NCBI GenBank assembly: GCA_965215195.1
Contig: CBDCDC010000002.1
Coordinates: 2,592,001-2,656,000, forward strand
Source: Candidatus Latescibacterota bacterium
GTDB lineage: Bacteria > Latescibacterota > UBA2968 > UBA8231
Direction: 5' to 3'
Length of the DNA stretch: 64,000 bases
The notes beneath the pieces were generated by a model. It saw nothing but the letters and a program-made list of their open reading frames with translations. It was not told the DNA's origin and ran no database searches. Position numbers and translations under genes: made by a program. Below are positions 17,871 to 31,293 of this stretch, one piece after another (position 1 is the stretch's first letter; each line of letters starts with the position of its first letter).

Positions 17871-19651
17871 GCACCGAACTCAACCAAGAAGAGGAAATCC
17901 AGGAACGCGCCTTCAACTTGGGGCTGACGCTGCAACTTTTGGGGTATCTCAAACCCCACCGCGGGCGCGTGATCCTCGCCTTCGGCACCATCGCCCTCGC
18001 CGCCGGTGCCGGCCAAGTCGGTCCCTATCTGACGCAGGTGGCTGTTGACGACTACATCGCCGTCGGCGACTGGGTGGGGTTGCGGTGGATGATCGCGGCC
18101 TTCTTTGGCAGCGTCGCCGTGCAGTACGGCGCTCAATACGCCCAGACCTTGGTCACCGGCATGATCGGTCAGAGGGTCATGTACGACATGCGCCGCGACC
18201 TCTTCGCCCATTTGCAAAAGCTGCCGCTGCGCTACTTCGACCGCACGCCGCTGGGGCGGATTATGACCCGCGCCACTAACGACATCGACGCTCTCAACGA
18301 GTTTTTCAGCGAGGGCATCGTCTCGGTCTTTATGGACTTTTTCACCCTGCTGGCCATCGTCGGCTTCATGGCCTATATCGACCTTGAACTGGCCCTGATC
18401 TGCTGCACGGTAGTCCCGGTCATAGCCGTCTCGACCTTCTACCTTCAGGGCCTTGCCATGCGCGCCTATCGCGAGCTGCGGACGCGCCTAGCGCGGCTCA
18501 ATGCCTATTTGCAGGAGAACATCACCGGCGTGGAGGTGGTCCAGATCTTCAACCGCCAGCGACGCAATTTGCGCGACTTCGACGCCGAGCACCTCCCCTA
18601 TCGCCGCGCCGAGGACCGCGAGATCCACTGCTATGCCCTCTTCTTTCCCTTCACCGAGCTCCTCGGCACGGTCGGCATGGCACTGGTGCTGTGGTACGGG
18701 GCCTCGGACGTGATCGCCGGCCGCGTTGAGCTGGGGGTGCTGGTGGCCTTTCTCCAGTATATCCGCCGCTTCTTTCGCCCGATCATGGACATCTCCGACC
18801 GTTATGCCCTGCTGCAAAGCGCCATGGCCGCGTCCGAGCGCATCTTCGAGATGTTGGCTGTCCCCGGCGAACCCGCAGGCGGACCGCCGCGCAATTTGCC
18901 CGCAGCCAGCCGCGGCGGCGCGATTGAATTTCGCAACGTGTTCTTCAAGTACGATCCAGCGGCCGAAGACTGGATTCTCAAGGATGTCTCGTTTGAACTA
19001 AAGGCCGGGCAGAGCCTAGCGCTGGTCGGGGCTACCGGCTCGGGCAAAACCACCATCGTCAGCCTCCTCTGCCGCTTCTACGACATCCAGCGCGGGGAAA
19101 TCCTCGTTGATGGCCGCGACGTGCGCCAGTGGCACGCGGCCGAATTGCGCCGCCGCATCAGCATCGTCCAGCAGGAGGTCTTCTTGTTTTCCGGGACCAT
19201 CAGCGGCAACATCCGCCTCGGCGACGACGCCATCGGCGACGCCCAAGTCGAGCGCGCCGCCCGCTACGTCAACGCCGCGCCCTTTATCGAACACCTCCCC
19301 CAAGGCTATGCCCACGCCGTGGCCGAAGGCGGCTCGACTCTGTCGGCCGGGCAACGCCAGTTGTTGGCCTTTGCCCGCGCACTCGCCTTTGACCCGGAAG
19401 TCCTCGTCCTCGACGAGGCCACCTCCAGCATCGACACCGAAACCGAACAGCTCATCCAAGACGCCATCGCCAAGCTGATGCACGAGCGCACCTCCATCGT
19501 CATCGCCCACCGCCTCTCTACCATTCGCAGTGCCGACCAGATCTTGGTGATGCACCGCGGCGAGGTGCGCGAGCGGGGCCGCCACGAAGAGCTCTTGCTC
19601 CAAGGCGGCATCTATGCGCGGCTCTACCGCCTCAACTACGGCCGGTCTTAG
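17867..19651 (+). CDS. ABC exporter, fused permease/ATPase (MdlB/YheH-like half)
   Basis: GRIMTRATND, GATGSGKT, LSAGQRQ, LVLDEATSSID. Confidence 0.92.
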   Translation: MSTELNQEEEIQERAFNLGLTLQLLGYLKPHRGRVILAFGTIALAAGAGQVGPYLTQVAVDDYIAVGDWVGLRWMIAAFFGSVAVQYGAQYAQTLVTGMIGQRVMYDMRRDLFAHLQKLPLRYFDRTPLGRIMTRATNDIDALNEFFSEGIVSVFMDFFTLLAIVGFMAYIDLELALICCTVVPVIAVSTFYLQGLAMRAYRELRTRLARLNAYLQENITGVEVVQIFNRQRRNLRDFDAEHLPYRRAEDREIHCYALFFPFTELLGTVGMALVLWYGASDVIAGRVELGVLVAFLQYIRRFFRPIMDISDRYALLQSAMAASERIFEMLAVPGEPAGGPPRNLPAASRGGAIEFRNVFFKYDPAAEDWILKDVSFELKAGQSLALVGATGSGKTTIVSLLCRFYDIQRGEILVDGRDVRQWHAAELRRRISIVQQEVFLFSGTISGNIRLGDDAIGDAQVERAARYVNAAPFIEHLPQGYAHAVAEGGSTLSAGQRQLLAFARALAFDPEVLVLDEATSSIDTETEQLIQDAIAKLMHERTSIVIAHRLSTIRSADQILVMHRGEVRERGRHEELLLQGGIYARLYRLNYGRS

Positions 19652-19890
19652 GCCTCTTCATCCTTTGGGGCCTTCTCGCGCCGCGTCGTCATCCCCTCCA
19701 CGGCCTTCACCACCTGATCGCGCGTTTCCTCGGCTTGGTGCGCGATCAAGCGCCGGGTGTCCTCGCCCTTGTGCGGGGCCAGCAAAACGCCCACGGCCGC
19801 ACCGACCGCGACACCGGCCACAAAACCGGCCAAGAGGCACGTCGTACCGTTGGTTGAATGCTGCTTGGGGTAAATTTTTTCGTAAAACAT
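19648..19890 (-). CDS. YtxH-domain small membrane protein
   Basis: GFVAGVAVGAAVGVLLAPHKGEDTRRLI. Confidence 0.75.
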   Translation of the reverse strand: MFYEKIYPKQHSTNGTTCLLAGFVAGVAVGAAVGVLLAPHKGEDTRRLIAHQAEETRDQVVKAVEGMTTRREKAPKDEEA

Positions 19891-20016
19891 ACAAAGCTCC
19901 TTTGGTTATGAGTACACTATTAAAGAAAACCAAGTGTATTGAATAAAACCAACGCAATTTTTATATTTTAAGGCTAAATCCCTCCTCCTTTCCCCGCCAA
20001 TGCAGAGAGGACTTCT

Positions 20017-21498
20017 ATGGCCCAAGTCCTGAGCACCCCTTCGCACAGCCTCAAAGAGTTTCGCATTCTGCCTGGGTACACGCCAACCGACGGCAACGCT
20101 CCCAACGCGTCGCTCAAAACCCGGCTCTGTCGCAAGGGAGACGACTTTCTCTATCTGCACGTGCCCTTCCTCAGCGCCGCCATGCAGGCCGTGACCGGCG
20201 GCGAGATGGCCATTGCCTTGGCCCAGCTAGGCGGCATCGGCATCCTGCCCGTCAGCCAGCCCATTGACGAGCAATGCGCCAAGATAAGCCAAGTCAAGCG
20301 CTTCAAGGCCGGCTTTCAGACCGATATTCTCACCTTGGCTCCAGACCAACCCATCGCCGAGGTAGTAGAGATCATCCACCGCACCGGCTATACGACCTTT
20401 CCGGTCACCGCCAGCGGCCAGTTCCACGACCAGCTCCTCGGCATCCTCACCGACAAGGACTTCGACGAGCGCCGCGACCTCAACTGCCGAGTTGCCTCCC
20501 GCATGAAGACCGACGTGCAGGCCGGCCGCGAAATAAGCGACCTCAAGGCCGCCAACGAACTGATGATCCGCTACGGCCGCGGCTTCTTGCCCATTCTATC
20601 CAAGGGGGGCGTACTGCAAGCGGTGGTCTTCAAAAAGGACCTCGACAAGCACCTGCGGCACCCCAACGAATCCATCGACGAAAAAAAGCGCCTGCTCGTG
20701 GGCGCGGCCATCTCCACCCATCCGGAGGACCGCGAGCGGGCCGAAGCCCTCATCGCGCAAGAAGCGGACGTGCTCGTCATTGACGCATCCGACGGCCACA
20801 CCGAGTACCAGCGGCAGATGATCCAATTCATAAAGGAGCGCACCGATGCCCCGGTCATCGGCGGCAACGTCGTCACGGCCGAGGGATTTCGCTTCTTGGC
20901 CGAAGCCGGCGCCGACGCCGTCAAGGTCGGCATGGGGATCGGCTCGGGCTGCACTACCCAAGAAGTCAAGGCCACCGGCCGCGGCCAAGGCACGGCCTTG
21001 ATGGAAATCAGCGCGGCGCGCAACCAGTGGCAGCTCAATTGCAACGCCTACTTGCCCATCGTGGCCGACGGCGGCATTTCAGGCCCGGCCGAGATCGCCG
21101 TGGCCGTGGCCTTGGGTGCCAACGCCGTGATGATGGGGCACTTCTTCGCCGGCTACACCGAAAGCCAAGGCAACCTCGTGCGCACGGCGGCCGGCGAAAT
21201 CGTCAAAGAGTACTGGATGGAAGGTTCGCTGCGCGCCCACAACATGCGGCGCTATGCCCAAGCGCAAGAGCACTTCTTCGAGGAGGGCATCTCCGGCTAC
21301 GTGCCCCACATCGGCTCAATTCACGACAAACTGCCGATCCGCATCCAGATGCTGCGCGCCACCCTCGCCACGGCCGGTTGCCGCACCATCGACGAGCTGC
21401 ACGAAAAGGCCGTGCTCGAAATGCAGTCGCCCACCGCGCTGATGGACAGCCAGATCCACGACATCGTCCCCACCCACACCGACCAACAGATTCTCTAA
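20017..21498 (+). CDS. guaB: IMP dehydrogenase with CBS pair
   Basis: [22 protein letters not shown] (catalytic Cys), [20 protein letters not shown]. Confidence 0.85.
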   Translation: MAQVLSTPSHSLKEFRILPGYTPTDGNAPNASLKTRLCRKGDDFLYLHVPFLSAAMQAVTGGEMAIALAQLGGIGILPVSQPIDEQCAKISQVKRFKAGFQTDILTLAPDQPIAEVVEIIHRTGYTTFPVTASGQFHDQLLGILTDKDFDERRDLNCRVASRMKTDVQAGREISDLKAANELMIRYGRGFLPILSKGGVLQAVVFKKDLDKHLRHPNESIDEKKRLLVGAAISTHPEDRERAEALIAQEADVLVIDASDGHTEYQRQMIQFIKERTDAPVIGGNVVTAEGFRFLAEAGADAVKVGMGIGSGCTTQEVKATGRGQGTALMEISAARNQWQLNCNAYLPIVADGGISGPAEIAVAVALGANAVMMGHFFAGYTESQGNLVRTAAGEIVKEYWMEGSLRAHNMRRYAQAQEHFFEEGISGYVPHIGSIHDKLPIRIQMLRATLATAGCRTIDELHEKAVLEMQSPTALMDSQIHDIVPTHTDQQIL

Positions 21499-21500
21499 CC

Positions 21501-22196
21501 ATGCACGTACTAATTACCAACGCCGCCACCTCGCTCGGCCAAGCCCTAGCCGCTGGCCTCGGCGACGCGCACCAACTGCGCCTGACCGACCCCGAGCGAG
21601 GGGTCGGGATCCAGAGCGATCTGGGGCACGGCCCCGCGACCGATGCACTCGTCAAAGACATCGACGCCATCGTCCACCTCGCCTACGCGCCGCGGGCGAG
21701 CGACAGCGAGACCACTTGGCTCGATCAGAATTCGCGCTGCACCTACAACCTGCTCCTCGCCGCAGCGGACGCGGCGGTCCAGCGCGTCGTTCTCTTGAGT
21801 ACGCTCGACCTCTTCGCCCCGTACGACGAAGACATCACCGCCAACGAAAACTACAAGCCGCTGCCCTCGTGCGAGCCAGCTATCTTCGGCGCACACTTAG
21901 CCGAGTTTACGGCGCGCGAATTCGCCCACAGCCACGCGCTCCAAGTAGTAGTAGTCCGGCTCGGGGACTTGGTGCGCGCCGAGGAGGTCGCCGGGCAGCC
22001 CTACGACCCAATGTGGCTCGACGAGCGCGACGCCGCCCGAGCCGTGGGCCTGATCCTGCAAAAGGATGCTTTTGGCCCCAGATCGTACAACGCGCTGCAC
22101 GTTCAGTCCGACTCGCTCCGCGCCCGCTTCTCCATTGAGCGGGCCAAGAGCCATCTATCCTTCGCCCCCCAATACAACTTCGAGGCCAATCCATGA
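21501..22196 (+). CDS. NAD-dependent epimerase/dehydratase-like protein
   Basis: VLITNAATSLG (degenerate glycine motif), DAIVHLA, WLDERD. Confidence 0.75.
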   Translation: MHVLITNAATSLGQALAAGLGDAHQLRLTDPERGVGIQSDLGHGPATDALVKDIDAIVHLAYAPRASDSETTWLDQNSRCTYNLLLAAADAAVQRVVLLSTLDLFAPYDEDITANENYKPLPSCEPAIFGAHLAEFTAREFAHSHALQVVVVRLGDLVRAEEVAGQPYDPMWLDERDAARAVGLILQKDAFGPRSYNALHVQSDSLRARFSIERAKSHLSFAPQYNFEANP

Positions 22197-22927
22197 AAGT
22201 CCTGCTCCTCGGCGGCAACGGCTTCCTCGGCCCGCACGTGGCAGAGGAACTGCAAGACGCGTACTCGCTGCGCATCACCGACGTCGTGCCCATCGACAGC
22301 AAGCACGAGACCATGCGCGTAGATGTCTCCGACCTCGACCAAGTGCGCCGCGCCACCGAGGGTACCGACGCGACCATCAACTGCTCGGTGCTGCGGCCGC
22401 ACCGCAAGATCGCCTTTGACGTCAACGCCATTGGCACGTACAACGGCATCCGCGCCGCCGTTGAAAACGGCCATGCTCGCTTTATCAATACCGGGCCGCA
22501 CTTCACCCAAGTCGGCCCCTCGTACGAGCACTACGATTTCGACATCAATGAAGAGGTCCCCCTGCACTCCGGGCTCAACCTCTACGCCCACAGCAAGTCG
22601 GTCGGCCAAGAGATCTGCCGCGTCTTTGCCGCCAACTACCCCATCCACGTGCTCACAACCCTGTTTTTGAACTTCCGCGACGCCGTGCCCGCGCCCGATC
22701 AACTCGGCAGCGACCTCAATCCCTTCTCGGTCACCTTCCCGGACGCCGCCCGCGCCCTCCGCAAATGCTTGGAGGTCGAGTTGGAAACCCTGCCTTCGCG
22801 CTGCGAGATTTTTCACATCACCACGGACACGCCCCACGGCCGCTACAGCAACGCCAAGGCCCGGCGCCTGCTGGGCTGGGTGCCGCAAGATCTGCTCGAA
22901 GGCTACTGGCGCAAGCCTAGAACATGA
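22193..22927 (+). CDS. NAD-dependent epimerase/dehydratase (uronate dehydrogenase-like SDR)
   Basis: LLGGNGFLG, YAHSK, AKARRLLGWVP. Confidence 0.85.
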   Translation: MKVLLLGGNGFLGPHVAEELQDAYSLRITDVVPIDSKHETMRVDVSDLDQVRRATEGTDATINCSVLRPHRKIAFDVNAIGTYNGIRAAVENGHARFINTGPHFTQVGPSYEHYDFDINEEVPLHSGLNLYAHSKSVGQEICRVFAANYPIHVLTTLFLNFRDAVPAPDQLGSDLNPFSVTFPDAARALRKCLEVELETLPSRCEIFHITTDTPHGRYSNAKARRLLGWVPQDLLEGYWRKPRT

Positions 22928-23718
22928 GCCTCAAAGAGCGCGTCTATCACTTTATCGAGCCAGACTATGAGCCGGGGCGCTTCGTCGATGTGGCCATTAT
23001 CGTCCTGATCTTGCTCAACATCGTCGCCCTGATCCTCGAAACCGTCGATCCCATCTACAACCTCAATCGCGCCGCCTTTGAACTTTTTGAGGATTGCTCC
23101 CTGACCGTGTTCGCGATTGAATACGTGGTACGCCTGTGGGCCATTACCGCCAATCCGCGGTTTTCGCGGCCCGTGACCGGGCGCATCCGCTTTGCCCTCA
23201 CGCCCCTCGCCATCATCGACCTGCTGGCCATTCTCCCCTTACTCCTGCCGCCCCCGAGCGTGGACGCACGCTTTGTCCGGGTAATACGCGTCCTGCGGAT
23301 CTTCCGCGTCCTCAAGCTGGTGCGCTACTTCCGTGCCCTGCGCTTGCTCGGCCAAGTCATCGCTGAGCGCAAAGAAGAGCTTATTAGCATCTTCTTAGTG
23401 CTCCTGATCCTATTGGCCCTCTCCTCATCGCTGATGTACTTCGTCGAGCACGAGGAACAGCCCGAGGTCTTTGCCAGCATCCCGGCCACCATGTGGTGGA
23501 GCATCGTCACCTTGACGACGGTCGGCTACGGCGACACCTATCCGATCACCGCCCTCGGCCAGACCATCGCCGCCATCATCGCCATCTTGGGGATCGGCAT
23601 GTTCGCGCTGCCGGCCGGCATTCTCGGCGCGGGATTTGTCGAGGCCCTAGCGGCTCATCGGTCAGAAGACCCGGAGCGACGCTGCCCGCACTGCGGCGAG
23701 CGGCTCGACGCGCATTAA
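22924..23718 (+). CDS. Voltage-gated potassium channel-like ion transporter
   Basis: S4-like RVIRVLRIFRVLKLVR; pore TTVGYGD; C-terminal CPHCG. Confidence 0.92.
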   Translation: MSLKERVYHFIEPDYEPGRFVDVAIIVLILLNIVALILETVDPIYNLNRAAFELFEDCSLTVFAIEYVVRLWAITANPRFSRPVTGRIRFALTPLAIIDLLAILPLLLPPPSVDARFVRVIRVLRIFRVLKLVRYFRALRLLGQVIAERKEELISIFLVLLILLALSSSLMYFVEHEEQPEVFASIPATMWWSIVTLTTVGYGDTYPITALGQTIAAIIAILGIGMFALPAGILGAGFVEALAAHRSEDPERRCPHCGERLDAH

Positions 23719-23750
23719 AAAAGCGGCCGAGGCAAAAGCCCCAGCCGCTT
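23717..23750 (-). terminator. Intrinsic terminator between convergent genes
   Basis: AAGCGGC…GCCGCTT stem next to an A run (U tract on the minus strand). Confidence 0.6.
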
Positions 23751-23772
23751 CTCTTAATCACCTGTCTTTCTC

Positions 23773-24048
23773 TCAGAAAAACGCGATTTTGACCAGCAGC
23801 GCCAAAATGGCGAGACCGTATCCGAACTTGACCAGCGCTAAATCGCGCTCAATTTTGGTAAAACACTCGTTAAAGCTGGCTTTCAACTCATCCAAGTCCT
23901 CTTTGGTCGCCGCCTTAAACTCGTCTAAGTCCTCTTTGGTCGCCAGCCGCTCGGCGAGGGGAATCGCCCCCGCGGCCGCCTTGGCCTTTTCTTCAGATGT
24001 TCCCGCTTCGATCAGCGCATCATAGACTTTAGCAACAATCAGACTCAT
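23773..24048 (-). CDS. Small coiled-coil protein with C-terminal TM (DUF1640/CCDC90-like)
   Basis: VYDALIEAG.SEEKAKAAA head, ATKEDLDE x2, hydrophobic tail. Confidence 0.7.
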   Translation of the reverse strand: MSLIVAKVYDALIEAGTSEEKAKAAAGAIPLAERLATKEDLDEFKAATKEDLDELKASFNECFTKIERDLALVKFGYGLAILALLVKIAFF

Positions 24049-25102
24049 CGCAAGCATCGCAAGCAAGCGGCAGTTCCACCCGCCGCCCTTCGGCCATGCT
24101 GATCTGCACGGCCTCGGTAAATTCCATGTACTTAACCCCGTCGGCGAAGCTGGTGTGGGTCACGGGGCGACCGTCGCGTATGGCATCGACAAAGTCCTCT
24201 TCCACCTGCCAACCGTTGCGCGGATGCTCGGGGATGTCGAAGGGCTGGTACTCGTCGTCGCCCTCGCCGGCGGTCCATATCCCGCCGGGCGTGAGCGGCG
24301 TGCCCGCGTCCATCTTAAACGAGCCTTTGGTCCCGTAAAAGGCAAAGCCAAAGGAAGGCCCTAAGCGCGCGACGCTGCTCAGGTGATAGACTGCTGTCGC
24401 GCCGCTTTCCATCTCGGCGACAATGCCCAAGCTCTCCGGCACATCGGCCGGTGCTCTCTTTCCGGTCTCCTCGTCGAGCCGCTCGGTCGTAAACGTCTTG
24501 CCGTAGGCTATCACGGCCTTTTCGTGCCCGGCATAGCGCCGCACGGTCTCGTTGCCAATGCCCATCACCATGATGTTGTTGCCCGACAGATCGCGGCGCT
24601 GCCGCCAGTGCAACGGCGCGTCCGGGTCGTAGCTGCCGGAGAGGCCGGTGAAGTGAATCTCCAACAGGTCGCCGAAAAAACCGCTGCGCAGCTTGTCGAG
24701 CAAGATCGGCTCGGCCGACAAATAGAAGGGTGCCGGCACGATCATCGCCACCTTGTCCGTTTGCTGGGAGGCCGCGTACATCTTCCGCGCCTCGGCCAGA
24801 TTCATGCACATCCGCGCCTCGGTGAGCACGTGTTTGCCCGCTTCAAGCCCGGCCAGCGTCATCGGGCAGTGCATATAGGGCCAAGTGCCGATGCAGATCG
24901 CATCGACATCGTCACTTGCGATCAGCGCCTGCCAGTCTTCAAAAACCTGCGGGATACCGTACTCGTCGGCGATCTTTTGGCCCGATTCGCGCGAGCGGTT
25001 GCAAACGGCCACGATCTCGACCCCGTCGATACCCTGAAAACCGGGAATGTGCTGCAAGCGGGTATTGGCCCCCGCGCCTATTAGTCCTATGCGAAGCGTC
25101 AC
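24029..25102 (-). CDS. Gfo/Idh/MocA oxidoreductase
   Basis: IGLIGAG, GTWPYMH, AGKHVLTEARM; GTG start with AGGAGG. Confidence 0.9.
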   Translation of the reverse strand: MTLRIGLIGAGANTRLQHIPGFQGIDGVEIVAVCNRSRESGQKIADEYGIPQVFEDWQALIASDDVDAICIGTWPYMHCPMTLAGLEAGKHVLTEARMCMNLAEARKMYAASQQTDKVAMIVPAPFYLSAEPILLDKLRSGFFGDLLEIHFTGLSGSYDPDAPLHWRQRRDLSGNNIMVMGIGNETVRRYAGHEKAVIAYGKTFTTERLDEETGKRAPADVPESLGIVAEMESGATAVYHLSSVARLGPSFGFAFYGTKGSFKMDAGTPLTPGGIWTAGEGDDEYQPFDIPEHPRNGWQVEEDFVDAIRDGRPVTHTSFADGVKYMEFTEAVQISMAEGRRVELPLACDACDESDCC

Positions 25103-25141
25103 AGCCGTTTTCCTCCTGTTAATTTTAGCGGCGGATTCCAA

Positions 25142-25546
25142 TCAAAGTTTCATCACGGCGATGAGGATGCTGGTCATCGCCACCATCGTAGTAATGAGCC
25201 AAGCAAAACGAGAATCAATGCGCTTATTCGTCTCGTCAATGCGCTTATTCGTCTCGTCAATGCGCTTATTCGTCTCGTCAATACGCATGTTCGTCTCGTC
25301 AATGCGCTTATTCGTCTCGTCAATACGCGTGTTCGTCTCGTCAATGCGGTTGTGTACCAAGCCGATTTGGTGGCGCAGGTCTTGCCGCACCTCTTGGACC
25401 TCCTGCCGCATATCCTGCCGCACCTCTTGGACATCGTGGCGCAGGTCTTGCCGCAGGTCTTGGATGTCTTGGCGCAGATAAGCCACTCCCCAATGGACGT
25501 CGTCGGGCCCGGGGGAACGAGTGGGCTGAGGGCTGGCTTCCGTCAT
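25142..25546 (-). CDS. Small coiled-coil protein with heptad tandem repeats and C-terminal TM
   Basis: RQDxxx repeats, RIDETNx x6, FAWLITTMVAMTSILIAVMKL; AAGGAG RBS. Confidence 0.75.
   Translation of the reverse strand: MTEASPQPTRSPGPDDVHWGVAYLRQDIQDLRQDLRHDVQEVRQDMRQEVQEVRQDLRHQIGLVHNRIDETNTRIDETNKRIDETNMRIDETNKRIDETNKRIDETNKRIDSRFAWLITTMVAMTSILIAVMKL
25215..25349 (-). repeat. 21-bp coding tandem repeat (about 6.5 units)
   Basis: TCAATGCGCTTATTCGTCTCG units. Confidence 0.9.
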
Positions 25547-25672
25547 GAAGTATCTCCTTTCCTAGTTTGCTTTCTCTGCGACAATATACCCGGAGGCCGC
25601 AGAAGGATCAAACGAACCTCGGCCCATGCGCACCGATGAAAAATCCGCTGACGCGCCTCCACCCGGCCCCTG

Positions 25673-27121
25673 TCAACGCCACTCGTAGAGCGACTTCCGC
25701 GCTAGCTGGTACTCATCGGGGCTGCGGTCAATGGCCGTCGCCCCGCCCGAGGCGACCTCGAGTAGGCGACCACACACCGGCTCGTACGCAGCCCGAGGCG
25801 CCACCGCCCCCTTGGCCACCAAGATGCGCTGTTGCTCGGGCTGGATCCCGGCGCAGGTAATCTGGTGGATGCTGTTGGGACAGGAGCGCACGCTGTTGAG
25901 CAAGAGCAGTCCTTTGCCGACTTGTACAACCGCGGTCGGCCCTTGGTCAAAGTAACGGCCCCCACCGTGCCGGCGCGCGCGCTCTTCGTACGACCCGTCG
26001 TGCAGCGTCCGCACCCGACCGGCGATTTCCAAGGTCGGCCCGTGCATGTCGTCGGTCTTGCCGCCTACGCGGAGCTGGACCTGTCTGCCGACGCCTGCCG
26101 CAAAACACGCCTGCGCGCTTTCGGCATCCCAAATCGACACAACCCAGCCATCCGCTCCTTGCGCGAGCAATTGCTCCAACACAAACGTCGAGTCGCCTGA
26201 CGAGCCGCCGCCGATGTTGTCGCCCATGTCGAGCAGGCACACGGGCGTCTCCTCGCTCGCCAAAGCCAACCGCACGGCCTCGGCTGGCCCGGGCACCGCG
26301 GCCTTTAGCTGGTCGCGGATGGCCCACATTTGTTCGCCCAACCGCTCGGCCTCGCACCGCGCCCTTTCTTCGTCGCCATCGGCAACCACCACCACCGATG
26401 GCCCCATATAGGGCACGTCCGCGTACTGGTAGCCCCCGGCAACGCTACATCCGAGGATCCCCGCTGCGGACTCCAACTCAATCGCCGCCTGCACGAGCGG
26501 CTGCATGGGCGCGACGCTCGTGTTGTGGAAGTAGATGTTGAAGAGCACCTCTGGTTTGACCAACGCCATCTTGGGCTGGACCTCGCCGCGAATCTGCCGC
26601 GTCAGAATGGACGCGGCCTGCAGGCCTCGTTCTCGCTGGTCGATGTGGGGATTGGTCTTGTAGATGACGAGTGCGTCGGCCGCGGCCACGAGCTCCGGGG
26701 GCACGTTGGCGTGGTAGTCGTGGGTCACGGCGATGGGCAAGTCACCCACCAGTGTGCGCACCCGGCGCACGGTCTCTCCGTCGGCTTGGGGGAATCCCTC
26801 GGCGACCATGGCCCCGTGCAGTGCCAACAGCACCCCGTCAAGCCGAGGGGCCGCCTCAAGTCCGCTGAGGATGCGCCCGATAAAGTGCTCGTATGCGACC
26901 GCGGTCACCGGGCCGCCCGGAGTCGCCGAAGCCGCTAGCAGCGGATAGAGTTCATAGCCGAACTGCTCGGCCCCGGCGATATAGCCGGCGATCTCGTGGA
27001 ATGTGTGCTCGTACTGGCCAATCACGTCCGCGCCTTCGCAGACCCCGAAATCCTCCAATTGCGTTGGCTGCGCATAGAACGAATTCGACTCGTGGGAAAA
27101 ACCTGCTATTGCAATGCGCAT
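25673..27121 (-). CDS. M81/MlrC-family metallopeptidase
   Basis: AGFSHESNSF, LALHGAM, DYHAN, YKTNPHID, DMGDNIGGG. Confidence 0.9.
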   Translation of the reverse strand: MRIAIAGFSHESNSFYAQPTQLEDFGVCEGADVIGQYEHTFHEIAGYIAGAEQFGYELYPLLAASATPGGPVTAVAYEHFIGRILSGLEAAPRLDGVLLALHGAMVAEGFPQADGETVRRVRTLVGDLPIAVTHDYHANVPPELVAAADALVIYKTNPHIDQRERGLQAASILTRQIRGEVQPKMALVKPEVLFNIYFHNTSVAPMQPLVQAAIELESAAGILGCSVAGGYQYADVPYMGPSVVVVADGDEERARCEAERLGEQMWAIRDQLKAAVPGPAEAVRLALASEETPVCLLDMGDNIGGGSSGDSTFVLEQLLAQGADGWVVSIWDAESAQACFAAGVGRQVQLRVGGKTDDMHGPTLEIAGRVRTLHDGSYEERARRHGGGRYFDQGPTAVVQVGKGLLLLNSVRSCPNSIHQITCAGIQPEQQRILVAKGAVAPRAAYEPVCGRLLEVASGGATAIDRSPDEYQLARKSLYEWR

Positions 27122-27191
27122 TAGTCCCCCCTTTCTAGCGAACAGATTGCTCCGTTGCTTCGCTTGCAGTAGAATCTAGTGGTTGCTCAAC

Positions 27192-27235
27192 GTCATTACC
27201 GCACTTCACCTTGCGGAAGTCGGCGTGACATCCAG
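27192..27235. repeat. GTCAT…CATCCAG palindromic repeat unit
   Basis: GTCATTACCGCACTTCACC…GGCGTGACATCCAG, matching the units at 9079-9130 and 55924-56009. Confidence 0.65.
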
Positions 27236-27278
27236 ACAAAAAATCAAAAAACAATGGCCAATTCTTTTCCAAACGCTT

Positions 27279-30747
<3,469 letters not shown>

Positions 30748-30916
30748 TCTCAGCGGGCGCTCGTAACGGTGTGAGCATCTGAGGAGTTGAGTAGGCGCAG
30801 ACTGTAGGGCATCAGGCGACGCATCCCGCCTCTCCCCTCGCCGCCTTGTGTGCGACCGGGGAAGAGTGGACCCTCACCAGCCAAGCACGATAGCCGGCGT
30901 ACCATTGTCGGACTTA

Positions 30917-31057
30917 GAAGCTATTGAGTTATTTGGAATAATCTACGGAGAGGAGCTGATTTCAGCCGTATAAGCTCCATTTTGAAGGTCCGCCGGGCGC
31001 TGAAAGCCCCGTAAAATCGCCTGATTTTGCCGATATTCGTTTTAACTCAACAGCTTC
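30917..31057. mobile_element. 141-bp MITE
   Basis: TIRs GAAGCTATTGAGTTA / TAACTCAACAGCTTC (14/15 match), TTA on both flanks. Confidence 0.7.
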
Positions 31058-31293
31058 TTAGCGATCGGCGTTCCAGAAGTAGCTCGTCGACCGCGAACTA
31101 TAGGCTGTCGATATGGTGTGCGGCCGGCCCGGCTGCTATTCGGTAGCGTGAAGAGTGGCGCTAAAATGGTCGAATGCGGTATTATTCATCCACGGGCGAC
31201 TACCTGCGAACGGAAATTAGCTCCGCGTTCCGCGTCTCATCCAGAACGCGGAATTCTTTGGCGGCCCCGAGGTCGCGCTCTTCGAGTCCCACT

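Noticed and set aside
21027-21500. Long N-terminal extensions in the ORF track (also at 28465, 31174, 31941 and 35423)
   Set aside because: They overlap upstream genes or lack homology; downstream starts fit the domain boundaries
25215-25349. Possible CRISPR array
   Set aside because: Contiguous 21-bp in-frame coding repeats with no spacers and no cas genes
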